Source: a bacterium (GTDB taxonomy: Bacteria; RBG-13-61-14; DATKZS01). From it: DNA of 64,000 bases. Shown here one piece after another: positions 1 to 9,567 of the stretch; the first letter of the stretch is position 1; each line of letters opens with the position of its first letter. The position numbers and the translations under genes are program-made. The notes under the pieces were generated by a model. It made no database searches and was not told the DNA's origin. It was given only the letters and a program-made list of their open reading frames with translations. The stretch is taken from NCBI GenBank assembly GCA_963674965.2, contig CAXXFL010000001.1, positions 736,001-800,000 on the forward strand, given 5' to 3'.

Positions 1-1305
1 AATATCGACAAGATAGTCGAGGCGGTTAAAAAGACCGGCGCCGAGGCCGTGCATCCGGGCTACGGCTTTTTGGCCGAGAACGCCCGCTTCGCCAAGCGGA
101 TCGAGGAGGAGGGCGTCGTTTTCATCGGACCGCCCTCGGCCGTGATCCGGGACCTGGGCGACAAGATCGTGGCCCGGCGCATCATGAAGGACGGCGGAGT
201 GCCCATTACTCCCGGCATGATCGAGCCGGGCCCGGACCCGGCCCGGGTGGCCGCCGAGGCCGACAAGATAGGATATCCCGTTCTTATCAAGGCCGCCGCC
301 GGCGGGGGGGGCAAGGGCATCAGGATCGTGAACTCGGGCGGGGAGATCGCCGACGCCCTGGCCGGGGCCTCGAGCGAGGCGAAAAGCGCCTTTGGCGACG
401 GCTCGGTTTACGTGGAGAAATTTTTTCCCAAGGCCCGGCATATCGAGTTCCAGATACTGGCCGACTCGCATGGGAACGCGATCCACCTTTGGGAGCGCGA
501 GTGCTCGATCCAGCGCCGTCACCAGAAGATAATCGAGGAGTCTCCCGCCAACGTGATGACGCCCGAGCTGCGGGAGAAGATGGGCCAGGCCGCGGTGGCG
601 GCGGCCCGGGCCTCGGGCTACGTGAACGCGGGCACGGTCGAGTTCCTGGTGGACGAGAAGGGCGACTTTTATTTCCTCGAGGTCAACACCCGCCTCCAGG
701 TCGAGCATCCCGTGACCGAGATGATCACGGGGATTGACATAGTAAGAAAGCAGCTCGAGATAGCCTCGGGGGAAAAGCTGGGTATAAGGCAGGAGGACGT
801 TATGGGCAGGGGCCACGCCATCGAGTGCCGCCTTTACGCTGAGGACCCGAGAAGCGACTTCATGCCCTCGCCCGGCAAGATCAAGTACTACAAGGAGCCC
901 GCCGGACCGGGGGTAAGGGTTGACGGCGGGGTCTACTCGGGCTTCGAGGTCCCGGTGGATTACGACCCCATCGTGTCTAAGCTCATAGTACACGGCGAGG
1001 ACCGGGACAAGGCCATAGCCAGGATGATCAAGGCCCTCGGCGACTACGTCGTTTTGGGAGTGACCACGCCCATTCCCTTTATGATCGACGTGCTGAACTC
1101 GGAGGCGTTTCGGGGCGGCGACATATTCACCGACTTCATCCCTCGCCATTTCGCGGACTGGAAGCCGGCGAACAGGAATAAAAGGGAGGCGCTTATCGCC
1201 TTCGTGGCGGACGAGCTTTCGGGCCGTGCCAGTAAAAAGCCCATTGCCGCGGGCAAGTCCCGGGTCCCGTCGCCTTTTGACACGCTGGGCAACTGGCGCC
1301 TCTAG
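1..1305 (+). CDS. Biotin carboxylase subunit of an acyl-CoA carboxylase (5'-truncated by window)
   Basis: Frame is open from base 1 (NIDKIVEAVKKTGAEAVHPGYGFLAEN). Motifs GGGGKG, RECSIQRRHQK, EVNTRLQVEHPVTE. Confidence 0.95.
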   Translation, partial: NIDKIVEAVKKTGAEAVHPGYGFLAENARFAKRIEEEGVVFIGPPSAVIRDLGDKIVARRIMKDGGVPITPGMIEPGPDPARVAAEADKIGYPVLIKAAAGGGGKGIRIVNSGGEIADALAGASSEAKSAFGDGSVYVEKFFPKARHIEFQILADSHGNAIHLWERECSIQRRHQKIIEESPANVMTPELREKMGQAAVAAARASGYVNAGTVEFLVDEKGDFYFLEVNTRLQVEHPVTEMITGIDIVRKQLEIASGEKLGIRQEDVMGRGHAIECRLYAEDPRSDFMPSPGKIKYYKEPAGPGVRVDGGVYSGFEVPVDYDPIVSKLIVHGEDRDKAIARMIKALGDYVVLGVTTPIPFMIDVLNSEAFRGGDIFTDFIPRHFADWKPANRNKREALIAFVADELSGRASKKPIAAGKSRVPSPFDTLGNWRL

Positions 1306-1327
1306 GCGATGAAACGGAGAAGGTCGG

Positions 1328-1855
1328 ATGGAATACAATTTAATCCTGGATGGTGAGACCGCGCCTGTCGAGGTGGAGACCGAGGGCGAAGGAAAGATTT
1401 CGGTTACCATAGACGGCGTCAAAAGCGACGTGGCCTACTCGGTAATCGGCGAGCATCGGATACGTCTGGTTATCGAGGGGAAGGCGGTCGACGTCTTCGT
1501 GACGGGCGACTCGAGCGGGAAATCCATCTTGATCGGCGGCGAGTCCTTTTTGGTGGCCGATAAGGACGCGGCTGGGCAGCCGTCCTTCCGCAAGGTCGCG
1601 GTGGGGTCATTGCCGGACGTGGTTACCGCTCCCATACCGTCGGTGGTGGTGTCCGTGGCCGTGTCCGAGGGTGACCGCGTGGACAAGGGCCAGGCCGTGA
1701 TGGTGGTCTCGGCCATGAAAATGGAGACCACCCTCAGGGCGCCTTACAGCGGCACGGTGATCAGGGTGAACGCCGGGGAAGGCGACAAGGTCATGCCCGG
1801 GCACGTGCTGGTGGATATCGAGCGGGACGAGGACGGGGAGGGAGAACATGTCTGA
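1328..1855 (+). CDS. Biotin carboxyl carrier protein (biotinyl domain with N-terminal BT-like domain)
   Basis: AMKME biotinylation motif; follows the biotin carboxylase. Confidence 0.9.
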   Translation: MEYNLILDGETAPVEVETEGEGKISVTIDGVKSDVAYSVIGEHRIRLVIEGKAVDVFVTGDSSGKSILIGGESFLVADKDAAGQPSFRKVAVGSLPDVVTAPIPSVVVSVAVSEGDRVDKGQAVMVVSAMKMETTLRAPYSGTVIRVNAGEGDKVMPGHVLVDIERDEDGEGEHV

Positions 1856-2624
1856 GGGCGAGCTTTTTTACCGCGTCGAGAAGAACGTGGGCTATTTCAC
1901 CATCAACCGGGAGGCCAAAAGGAACTCGATCAGTCCCGACGTGATCACGTCCTTTTTAAAGTACCTGGACGAGGCGGAGGCCGACGCCGAGGTCCGGGCC
2001 GTTTGCGTGACCGGCGCGGGGGACAGGGCCTTTTGCTCGGGCGCCGACCTGGGCGGGGCCATCGAGGGAGGCGAGACCGGCGCCTCGGGCTTTTCCTATT
2101 ACGCCAAACTCCTTAAGCGCATCGCGTCCTTTCCCAAGCCCACGGTGGCACGGGTCAATGGATACTGCCTGGCGGGAGGGATGGGCTTCATGCTGGCCTG
2201 CGATATAGTAATCGCGACGAAGGACGCCAAGTTCGGAACGCCCGAGGTCAACGTGGGGTTGTGGCCCATGATGATCGGCGCCCTCATCTTCCGGAACGCG
2301 CCAAGGAAGAAGGCCATGGAGATGATCCTTTTGGGCGAGAAGCTGGGCGCGGACAAGGCCGTCGAGATGGGCCTTATCACCCGCGCCGTTCCCAGAGATA
2401 AACTGGACGATGAGGTGGGCGGCGTCCTTGCCGGCCTGGCGGGCAAAAGCCCGATCGGCATGAAGATCGGCAAGGACGCCTTTTACAAGTCGGCCCATTT
2501 GCCGCTCGACGAGGCTCTTGACTACCTGGCCGAGCGGCTGGTTGAGGTCACGGCCACGGAGGACGCGGTCGAGGGGATCACGGCCTTCATCCAGAAAAGG
2601 CCCCCCCTGTTCAAGGGCAAATAA
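1848..2624 (+). CDS. Enoyl-CoA hydratase/isomerase (crotonase) family protein
   Basis: AFCSGADL, VNGYCLAGG and FGTPEVNVG crotonase motifs; overlaps the upstream stop. Confidence 0.93.
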   Translation: MSEGELFYRVEKNVGYFTINREAKRNSISPDVITSFLKYLDEAEADAEVRAVCVTGAGDRAFCSGADLGGAIEGGETGASGFSYYAKLLKRIASFPKPTVARVNGYCLAGGMGFMLACDIVIATKDAKFGTPEVNVGLWPMMIGALIFRNAPRKKAMEMILLGEKLGADKAVEMGLITRAVPRDKLDDEVGGVLAGLAGKSPIGMKIGKDAFYKSAHLPLDEALDYLAERLVEVTATEDAVEGITAFIQKRPPLFKGK

Positions 2625-2649
2625 ACGTCCTTATTGAAAGGAGACTCGA

Positions 2650-3519
2650 ATGTCGGAGCTTAAAGACAAGTGCGTTATATCCTGCGCTCTTACCGGGGTG
2701 CTTACCAATCCCAAGACGCACAACGTTCCGGTCACGCCCGAGGAGATGGCCAACGAGGCCAGGCGGGCGGCGGACGCGGGGGCCACCATCGTGCATTGCC
2801 ACTTCCGGGACCAGCGACCGGACATGGGCCACATGCCCTCGTGGGAGCCCGAGGTGGCCAACGCCATTATCCAGGCCATCAAGGCCGAGGTCCCCGAGAT
2901 GATCATCAACATGTCCACGGGCGTGCCGGGCCTGGACATCGAGGGGCCGCTGTCATGCCTCCGAGCCGGCAAGCCCGACATGGCGGCTATGAACTCGGGG
3001 TCCCTCAACTACCTCAAGCTCACGAGCAAGAACGAGTGGGCCTGGCCCCCCATGCTCTTCGACAACCCCATTGACAAAATACAAGGCTACCTGGACGTTA
3101 TGGACGAGTTCAACATCGTGCCCGAGTGCGAGTGTTTCGACACGGGCATCGTCAGGAGCGTGGTCCTCTTCGAGAGAAAGGGCATGCTCAAGTCTCCGGT
3201 CCACGTGTCCCTGGTCATGGGCGTGGCCTCGGGCATGCCCGCCGACCCGGACCTCCTGCCCATTCTCATCCGGCAACTGAATCCGGGGACCCGGTTCCAG
3301 ACCATCGTCATCGGCCGGGGCGAGATATGGGACGTTCACAGAAGGTGCGCCGAGCTTGGCGGCAACGTGCGCACGGGGTTGGAGGACACCTTCTATCTTC
3401 CCTCGGGGGACAAGGTCGACTCGAACGGCCCCCTGGTCGAGGCCCTGGTCAAGGTCGTCCGCGAAACCGGCCGCGAGCCGGCCAACTTCGAGGAAGCGAG
3501 GAAGATAGCGCTGCAATAA
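2650..3519 (+). CDS. Beta-keto acid cleavage enzyme (BKACE/Kce, DUF849)
   Basis: ISCALTG, PVTPEEM, VHCH metal ligands, PECECFD, VRTGLED. Confidence 0.92.
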   Translation: MSELKDKCVISCALTGVLTNPKTHNVPVTPEEMANEARRAADAGATIVHCHFRDQRPDMGHMPSWEPEVANAIIQAIKAEVPEMIINMSTGVPGLDIEGPLSCLRAGKPDMAAMNSGSLNYLKLTSKNEWAWPPMLFDNPIDKIQGYLDVMDEFNIVPECECFDTGIVRSVVLFERKGMLKSPVHVSLVMGVASGMPADPDLLPILIRQLNPGTRFQTIVIGRGEIWDVHRRCAELGGNVRTGLEDTFYLPSGDKVDSNGPLVEALVKVVRETGREPANFEEARKIALQ

Positions 3520-3541
3520 TCGGGTAACCCGCTAGAGGGGG

Positions 3542-3711
3542 GGGTGACCCGGCCGGTTTGAAAAAACCGTCCGGGTCCGGCGAAGCCGGATAGGTATATG
3601 GGGAAGATGACGAAGAACGGTGGAAAGACGTGGTCGCGAGAGGGGCGGAGCGGGATACCTATCCCGCTACACGGGACCCGCGCGGTTTCTACGAAACCGG
3701 ACGGGTCACCC
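3542..3711. repeat. Pair of related ~32-bp imperfect palindromes (REP/BIME-like) with nested inverted repeats
   Basis: GACCCGGCCGGTTT-gaaa-AAACCGTCCGGGTC (3546-3577) and GACCCGCGCGGTTT-ctacg-AAACCGGACGGGTC (3675-3707). The outer inverted repeat 3542-3559/3694-3711 matches 17/18. Confidence 0.75.
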
Positions 3712-3773
3712 GGGCTGGGACAGCGCGGCAGAGGATTATAGGTTAAGTATTTCAGACATATAAGGAGGCGACA

Positions 3774-4922
3774 ATGGGTTTTGATAAGTATTTCACTGAG
3801 GAACACAACATTTTTCGCATGCAGCTCCGCTCTTTCGTGGAGAAGGAGCTTGCTCCTCACGCGGAGGAGTGGGAGAAGACGGGCTTTCCCAACGAGGTTT
3901 TCAAGAAGCTGGGTGAGCTTGGTTACCTGGGCCTCCGCTACCCGGAGGACGTGGGCGGCGCGGGCGTGGATTACTGGTACACGGTGATCTTCCATGAGGA
4001 GCTGACGCGGTGCAACTCGGGCGGCGTGGTCATGGGGGTGGGGGTCCAGACGGACATGTGCACGCCCGCCATCGCGGCCCACGGCTCTCCCGAGCAAAAG
4101 GCCGAGTTTTTAACGCCCGTGATCAAGGGCGAGAAGATCGGTTCCATCTGCGTGACCGAGCCGGGCGCGGGCTCGGACGTGAAGGCCATCCGCACGAGAG
4201 CGGTAAGGGACGGCGACTATTACGTCATCAACGGTTCCAAGACCTTCATCACCATGGCCTCGCGGGCCGACTTCCTGACCCTGGCCGCCAAGACCGACCC
4301 GGACGGCGGTTATAACGGCATATCTCTTTTCACATTTCCCACGGACACGCCCGGCTATACCATGCTCCGGAAGCTGGACAAGTTCGGCATGCACTCGGCC
4401 GACACCTGCGAGCTGACCATCGAGGATTGCCGGCTGCATAAGAAGTATCTCCTGGGCGAGGAGAACAAGGGATTCTACTACATCATGGAGGGCTTCCAGT
4501 TCGAGCGCATGGTCTCGGTCATCGCCTGCCTGGCCGCGGCGGAGAACTGCTTGAAGCAAACCATCGAGTACGGCCGCACGCGCGAGGTCTTCGGCAAGCC
4601 CATCATCCGGCACCAGGCCAACGCCCATATGATCGCCAACCTGGCCACCGAACTGGAGGCTGCCAAGGCCCTGGCCTACCATTGCGCGGACATGCTGAAC
4701 AGGGGGGAGGACGCGCTCAAAGAGGTGAGCATGTGCAAGCTTTTCGCCTGCGAGACGGGGGTCAAGGTAATGGACCGTTGCCTCCAGCTTCACGGCGGTT
4801 ACGGCTACATGGAGGAATACCACGTGGGCCGATCGTACCGGGACAACCGTCTCAACACCATCGGCGGCGGGGCCTCGGAGGTGATGCGAGAAATCATCTC
4901 GAGGATCGTCTGCGCCGGCTGA
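3774..4922 (+). CDS. Acyl-CoA dehydrogenase
   Basis: VTEPGAGSD, INGSKTFIT, QLHGGYGYMEEY, IGGGASEVM; AAGGAGG RBS. Confidence 0.96.
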   Translation: MGFDKYFTEEHNIFRMQLRSFVEKELAPHAEEWEKTGFPNEVFKKLGELGYLGLRYPEDVGGAGVDYWYTVIFHEELTRCNSGGVVMGVGVQTDMCTPAIAAHGSPEQKAEFLTPVIKGEKIGSICVTEPGAGSDVKAIRTRAVRDGDYYVINGSKTFITMASRADFLTLAAKTDPDGGYNGISLFTFPTDTPGYTMLRKLDKFGMHSADTCELTIEDCRLHKKYLLGEENKGFYYIMEGFQFERMVSVIACLAAAENCLKQTIEYGRTREVFGKPIIRHQANAHMIANLATELEAAKALAYHCADMLNRGEDALKEVSMCKLFACETGVKVMDRCLQLHGGYGYMEEYHVGRSYRDNRLNTIGGGASEVMREIISRIVCAG

Positions 4923-4981
4923 GGCGGCCTTAAATATATGGTCAAAACCCTTGTCAACGCGTCTCGAAGCGGCGCGGGCGC

Positions 4982-5011
4982 TTGATTTTTCCAGCGACTG
5001 TGCTATAAAAT
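4982..5011 (+). promoter_or_regulatory. Probable sigma70 promoter of tRNA-Val
   Basis: TTGATT at 4982 and TGnTATAAA/TAAAAT at 5001-5011, just upstream of the tRNA. Confidence 0.55.
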
Positions 5012-5022
5012 TATAAGAACAA

Positions 5023-5097
5023 GGGCGCTTAACTCAGCGGGAGAGTGCCACCTTCACACGGTGGAAGTCGTAGGTTCAAATCCTACAGTGCCCACCA
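5023..5097 (+). tRNA. tRNA-Val (anticodon CAC)
   Basis: GGGCGCT/AGTGCCC acceptor stem, CCACC-TTCACAC-GGTGG anticodon arm, GGTTCAAATCC T-arm, encoded CCA. Confidence 0.97.
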
Positions 5098-5306
5098 TAA
5101 TAACGGCAAGGGGGCTATATGCCCCCATTTTAATATTCTCAGCCCTGGGGCGGGACGGCATATCTTCAATGCGCGTGGGCAAAGCCATCGCCGGCGGGGA
5201 TTTTTTCGGGCACGATAAGACGGCCTTGGCCGTTTAAGACGACACTCTTTGGAGGTTTCACTCATTGAGCGGCAACCACTCGAGTACCCAGCCCGGCCGT
5301 CCCTTC

Positions 5307-6326
5307 ATGAACAGGGGTGAAATTTATTATTATCTTAGGAGTCGCATTCCTCGCGAGCGCGACTCCCTTTTAAGTAAAGTCTCCAGCATCCGCCGGGCCG
5401 GCTCACCCAACCTGGTTTATTGCGTGGGCGTCATCACTATTTCAAGTCATTGCGTAAGAAATTGTATCTACTGCTCTTTTCGGGCTGACCGCACCAGCGC
5501 CTCCAAGTTTCGACTCTCCAGGAACGAGATTATGGAGGCGGCTGAAAGGACCCGGGCCGCCGGTATCAAGTACATCATGCTTTACTCGGCCGACGATCCT
5601 ACCATCAAAACCGAGGACGTTATCCAGTTGACGCGAGACCTGAAAAACAATTTCGACTTCGACGTGACCTTGTCCATGGGCGAGAAGGAGGCGGCGGTTT
5701 ACAACGCCTGGTCCGACGCGGGGGCAAGGTCCTATTGCATCCGGCACGAGACCTGCGACCCTCATCTATACCGGCGCATCCGTCCGTCCATGTTCTGGGT
5801 GGACAGAATCCGCGCCCTGGACGCGGTCAAGGCCTCGGGCCTTCGCCTGGCCACGGGCATCATGGTGGGCATGCCCAACCAGAGCTTCGAGAGCCTGGTC
5901 GAGGACATAGTCCTTTTTCAGGACGACAAGGTCTTCGGCGTGGTGGTCGAGCCCTACTCGCCGCCGGTGGACTCGCCCGGACATTCCCTTGCCATGCGGC
6001 CGGAGAACCTAATCGTGAACCCCGACCTGGCCACCATGGAAAAAGTCATCGCCATTACCCGCATAAACCGGCCGGACCTGATCATACCTCTTACCAATAC
6101 TCACCTTAAGCTCTACGACGCGCTGTCCGACAAGAAGCTTTTTACGGCCGGCGCCAACGCGGTCCTTCTCGAGATGACGCCTTCTCAATATATGCCCGTC
6201 GCCTCGAGCCATCCCTGCGCCGGATGGCCCGCGGACGAACCCGGCATTATCGAGAAGATCGGCGAGACCCTCGACAAGGGAGGATGGACCTTTACTCTCG
6301 AGTCTCCCATCAACTTCGGGAGATGA
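5307..6326 (+). CDS. Radical SAM protein, HydE/PylB/BioB-like (divergent)
   Basis: CVRNCIYC CxxxCxxC motif; RHETCDPHLYRRIRP, GIMVGMPNQ and AGANAV resemble HydE. ATG at 5307 preferred over TTG at 5265. Confidence 0.85.
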   Translation: MNRGEIYYYLRSRIPRERDSLLSKVSSIRRAGSPNLVYCVGVITISSHCVRNCIYCSFRADRTSASKFRLSRNEIMEAAERTRAAGIKYIMLYSADDPTIKTEDVIQLTRDLKNNFDFDVTLSMGEKEAAVYNAWSDAGARSYCIRHETCDPHLYRRIRPSMFWVDRIRALDAVKASGLRLATGIMVGMPNQSFESLVEDIVLFQDDKVFGVVVEPYSPPVDSPGHSLAMRPENLIVNPDLATMEKVIAITRINRPDLIIPLTNTHLKLYDALSDKKLFTAGANAVLLEMTPSQYMPVASSHPCAGWPADEPGIIEKIGETLDKGGWTFTLESPINFGR

Positions 6327-6385
6327 CCCGGCGTTTCAGAGTCCGATGATGTTGCTCTTCAATCTTCGAAATATTTCTCGCGGCC

Positions 6386-7024
6386 ATGGCCATGCCTGAA
6401 ATGAAGGGCCCCCGTAAGATATCCGATCTTACCTGCATTATCATGGCGGGCGGAAAAAGCAGCAGAATGGGCTCCGACAAGGCCCTCCTCAAACTGGGAG
6501 GAATGACTCTCATCGAGCGCTCCGCCCGCCAGGCGGCCAAGGTTTTCGAGCGCGTGGTTATATCGGGGCCGCCAAGCCTGGGCTGGACCGGCTTTCGGGC
6601 CATTCCCGACGACCGCCCGCCCGAGGGACCGCTGATGGGGCTTTTATCGGTTATGAGGACCATCGATTCCCCGTGGTTTTTCACGCTTCCCTGCGATTCG
6701 CCCTTTGTGCCCGAGGCCTTTTTGCGGGGCATGGCCGGCCTCAGGGAGGGAGTGGACGCGGTCGTTCCCATGATCGAGGACTATTACGAGCCGCTCCACG
6801 CCCTGTACTCGAGGTCCTTGAGAGAGGAGGCCGAGCGTTTCGTGGCTGAGGGGGAGCGGCAGATACTTCGTCTTTTCGAGAGGGCGAGAACGAGGGTCGT
6901 GGGCCCGGAACTTCTTTTTGAATGGGACCCCCGGTCGCTCGCCTTCTTTAACGTGAATTATCCAGGTGACCTTATTGAGGCCGAGGAAATCCTTCAAGGC
7001 CTCACGCGGGAGGGACTTGACTGA
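6386..7024 (+). CDS. mobA: Molybdenum cofactor guanylyltransferase
   Basis: IMAGGKSSRMGSDKA, GPLMG, PCDSPF, EPLHALY, FFNVN. Confidence 0.92.
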   Translation: MAMPEMKGPRKISDLTCIIMAGGKSSRMGSDKALLKLGGMTLIERSARQAAKVFERVVISGPPSLGWTGFRAIPDDRPPEGPLMGLLSVMRTIDSPWFFTLPCDSPFVPEAFLRGMAGLREGVDAVVPMIEDYYEPLHALYSRSLREEAERFVAEGERQILRLFERARTRVVGPELLFEWDPRSLAFFNVNYPGDLIEAEEILQGLTREGLD

Positions 7025-7168
7025 TAGTGGGCTTTCGTTTGACTGGATGGAAGCCGGTTGGTATGTTTGAACGGCGTCGCAAAGGCGAAAACACGAACAA
7101 TTTTCGCTTTACAACCTGGTAAAACGCAAATAAAATATAGGATAACGAAGACTTATGGAGGGTTTGAA

Positions 7169-8278
7169 ATGAAGCGTCGCGATTTTATCAACCTTACCGC
7201 CGCTGGGGCGGCCGCTTTGGCCCTGGTTGGAAAACCAGGATCGAGCCGGGCCTTTGACATGCTACTCGAGGATTGCCGGGACCTTCAGCGCTTCGACTGG
7301 TTCGAGGCCGGGCCGGACGGCAAATTGCTTCTGTCCGACGGGGTGGCCGACGAGATCATCGACTTCCATACTCACATCGGGCTATCCTTCCTCGCCACTC
7401 CCCACGTCGACCTCGGCAGGCGGGATGAAGACCCGCTGACCTTTTTCCCGGTGGAAGGCAATCCCATTGACCTCAGCCTTTACGCGGCCGACAGCTTCAC
7501 CGAGGAAAACGCGAAGACGGCTCGCAAGGAATCGGTGCGCCAGGCCTACTCGATAAGGGGATACGCCTCGACTCATACTCCGCTCAACCTGCTCGATATG
7601 ATGGATCGGACCCGCGTGTCCAAATCGGTCATCCTGGCCATCGACTACCCGGACGGACTTTCCCATAACACCAAACACTATCTTAAGTGCTCGGAGATGT
7701 ACGACCGTCTTATCACCTTTTGCTCGGTCCATCCCCACGACGCGCAAGTCGAGCGGAAGACCCTCAAGTTCAAAGAGAAAGGCGCCGTCGGCATGAAGCT
7801 GCATCCGCCGAACCAACTCGTTCGGGCCAATAACAAAAAATGCATGGAATTGACAAAGATGTGCGGAGAGATTGGCCTACCCTGTCTTTTCCATTCCGGG
7901 CATTCTCCCCTCTCGCCCCAGTCCCTGGCGGACTACCCCGCCATCAAGCACTTCTGGGAGCCAGTCGAGAAGCAGCCGGACACGACGTTCATACTGGCTC
8001 ACGGCGGCATGAACATGTACAAGGAGCTTATCGACCTGGCCGTCCGGCATGAAAACGTTATTATCGAGCTTTCCGGCCAGGCCCCCGGTCCCATCAGCGA
8101 GATGATCGAGGCCGGCCTCGAGGACCGCATGTTATTCGGGTCGGACTGGCCCTATTACGTCGAGGCCCTGCCGCTGGCCAAGGTGCTTATCGGTACTGAG
8201 GGTAAGCCGGAGGCGAGGAAAAAGATACTTTACGACAACGGGGCCAGGCTGTTCGAGCAAATGGGGGTCTCAACTTAA
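7169..8278 (+). CDS. Tat-exported amidohydrolase_2 family protein
   Basis: MKRRDFINL twin-arginine signal; DFHTH, KLHP, FHSG, AHGG, FGSDWP. Confidence 0.88.
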   Translation: MKRRDFINLTAAGAAALALVGKPGSSRAFDMLLEDCRDLQRFDWFEAGPDGKLLLSDGVADEIIDFHTHIGLSFLATPHVDLGRRDEDPLTFFPVEGNPIDLSLYAADSFTEENAKTARKESVRQAYSIRGYASTHTPLNLLDMMDRTRVSKSVILAIDYPDGLSHNTKHYLKCSEMYDRLITFCSVHPHDAQVERKTLKFKEKGAVGMKLHPPNQLVRANNKKCMELTKMCGEIGLPCLFHSGHSPLSPQSLADYPAIKHFWEPVEKQPDTTFILAHGGMNMYKELIDLAVRHENVIIELSGQAPGPISEMIEAGLEDRMLFGSDWPYYVEALPLAKVLIGTEGKPEARKKILYDNGARLFEQMGVST

Positions 8279-8578
8279 AGCCTGAGATTTTTTGCGCGAG
8301 AAATTATATTCGGCCTTGCATGCCGATGGTTGTCAGGATTGGGGCCTTCGGAAATTATTTAGGAACCGTCCTTGGGAGACTCGTTAATCGAACGCGGGGG
8401 CCCCTATTAAGGGGCCTCAAAATTTTTCAAAGCCTTGATATTCACATTCTCCCCTAATAATGGCGTTGCATGATAGAATATGGAAGGGGAGAGAAGCTAT
8501 TCCCATCCAGATCATGAGAAATTGCTCGCGAGTAAACATGCCGGCCGAATGCCGTAATTTTATTACCCGGGAAACGCC

Positions 8579-9517
8579 ATGAGTTTCGTGCTGGAGATAG
8601 TCAACATCGTTTCGCCCGTGTTCCTGGTGATCGGCGTGGGATACGCCTTGGGCCGGCGCAAGTTTCTCGAGCGCGACGTAATCGACGGTATGTCTCGCCT
8701 GGTATTTTACGTGGCTGCCCCGGCCCTTCTTTTCCATGGAGCGGCCAAGGCCGACCTGGCCGAGGCCTTCGATTTGAGGATAGTATCCGTGTCCTACGCG
8801 GCCTCGATCATCACCGCCTTTGGAGTGTACTTTCTATCCGCCCGCGTCATCCCCGCCCGGCGGGGCGTGATCGCGCAAGGGTCCTTTCGCAGCAACATGT
8901 TTTTCGTGGGCCTGCCCGTCGTCGTCAACGCCTACGGAGAGGACGTGATCGGGCCGGCGGCCGTTTTTATCGGGTTCATGGTTCCCCTTATCAATTTCCT
9001 TTCCGTAATCGTCCTGACCATGCCCCATACAAAAGGGGGCGACGGCGCCGGCAACGTGGCGGGCCGGATCGTAAAGGACGTGTTTACCAATCCCCTTATC
9101 ATATCCAGCGCCGCGGGCATACTCTTTTCCTTTTTTGGGCTGACCATTCCCAAGCCCGTTGACGGCACCCTCGGTCTTATTGGCCGCGTCGCCATGCCCC
9201 TGGCCCTGTTAACGGTAGGCGCCAGCCTGGACTTCGGAAAGCTGAAAGCGCAGCTTCCGGCGACGGCGCTGACTTCTCTCATCAAGCTGATCATTTACCC
9301 GGTCCCGGTTTACCTGGTCATGTCGGCGCTTGGCGTGAGTGGAGAGAAGCTTCATTTCGCGGTTATTTTAATGGCCACGCCCACGGCGGTGGTCAGCCAC
9401 GTCATGGCCCGAGAGATGAAGGGGGACGACGACCTGGCCGGGGCCGTTGTCCTGGGCACGACCATCGCCTCGGTTCTCACCATATCCGGGTGGCTGGCGT
9501 TTTTTATGTACGACTGA
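8579..9517 (+). CDS. AEC (auxin efflux carrier) family transporter
   Basis: About 10 hydrophobic segments; SNMFFVGLP, NPLII, PLALLTVGASL, PTAV. Confidence 0.9.
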   Translation: MSFVLEIVNIVSPVFLVIGVGYALGRRKFLERDVIDGMSRLVFYVAAPALLFHGAAKADLAEAFDLRIVSVSYAASIITAFGVYFLSARVIPARRGVIAQGSFRSNMFFVGLPVVVNAYGEDVIGPAAVFIGFMVPLINFLSVIVLTMPHTKGGDGAGNVAGRIVKDVFTNPLIISSAAGILFSFFGLTIPKPVDGTLGLIGRVAMPLALLTVGASLDFGKLKAQLPATALTSLIKLIIYPVPVYLVMSALGVSGEKLHFAVILMATPTAVVSHVMAREMKGDDDLAGAVVLGTTIASVLTISGWLAFFMYD

Positions 9518-9567
9518 CGGAACGCCCGCACGCGGCGGGCCTTATATAGAAAAGCATGGAGGCGGCA

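Noticed and set aside
3542-3711. Retron msr-msd or a firm 6S RNA call
   Set aside because: No reverse transcriptase nearby, and the fold cannot be matched to a family by eye; kept only as an unassigned structured element.
5023-5300. tRNA-Val as an integration site for a genomic island
   Set aside because: No integrase, and I saw no duplicate of the tRNA 3' end in the window; flanking genes look native.
5307-6326. Pyrrolysine (pylB) or hydrogenase maturation locus
   Set aside because: No pylTSCD or hydF/hydG, and no evident in-frame amber readthrough in the window.
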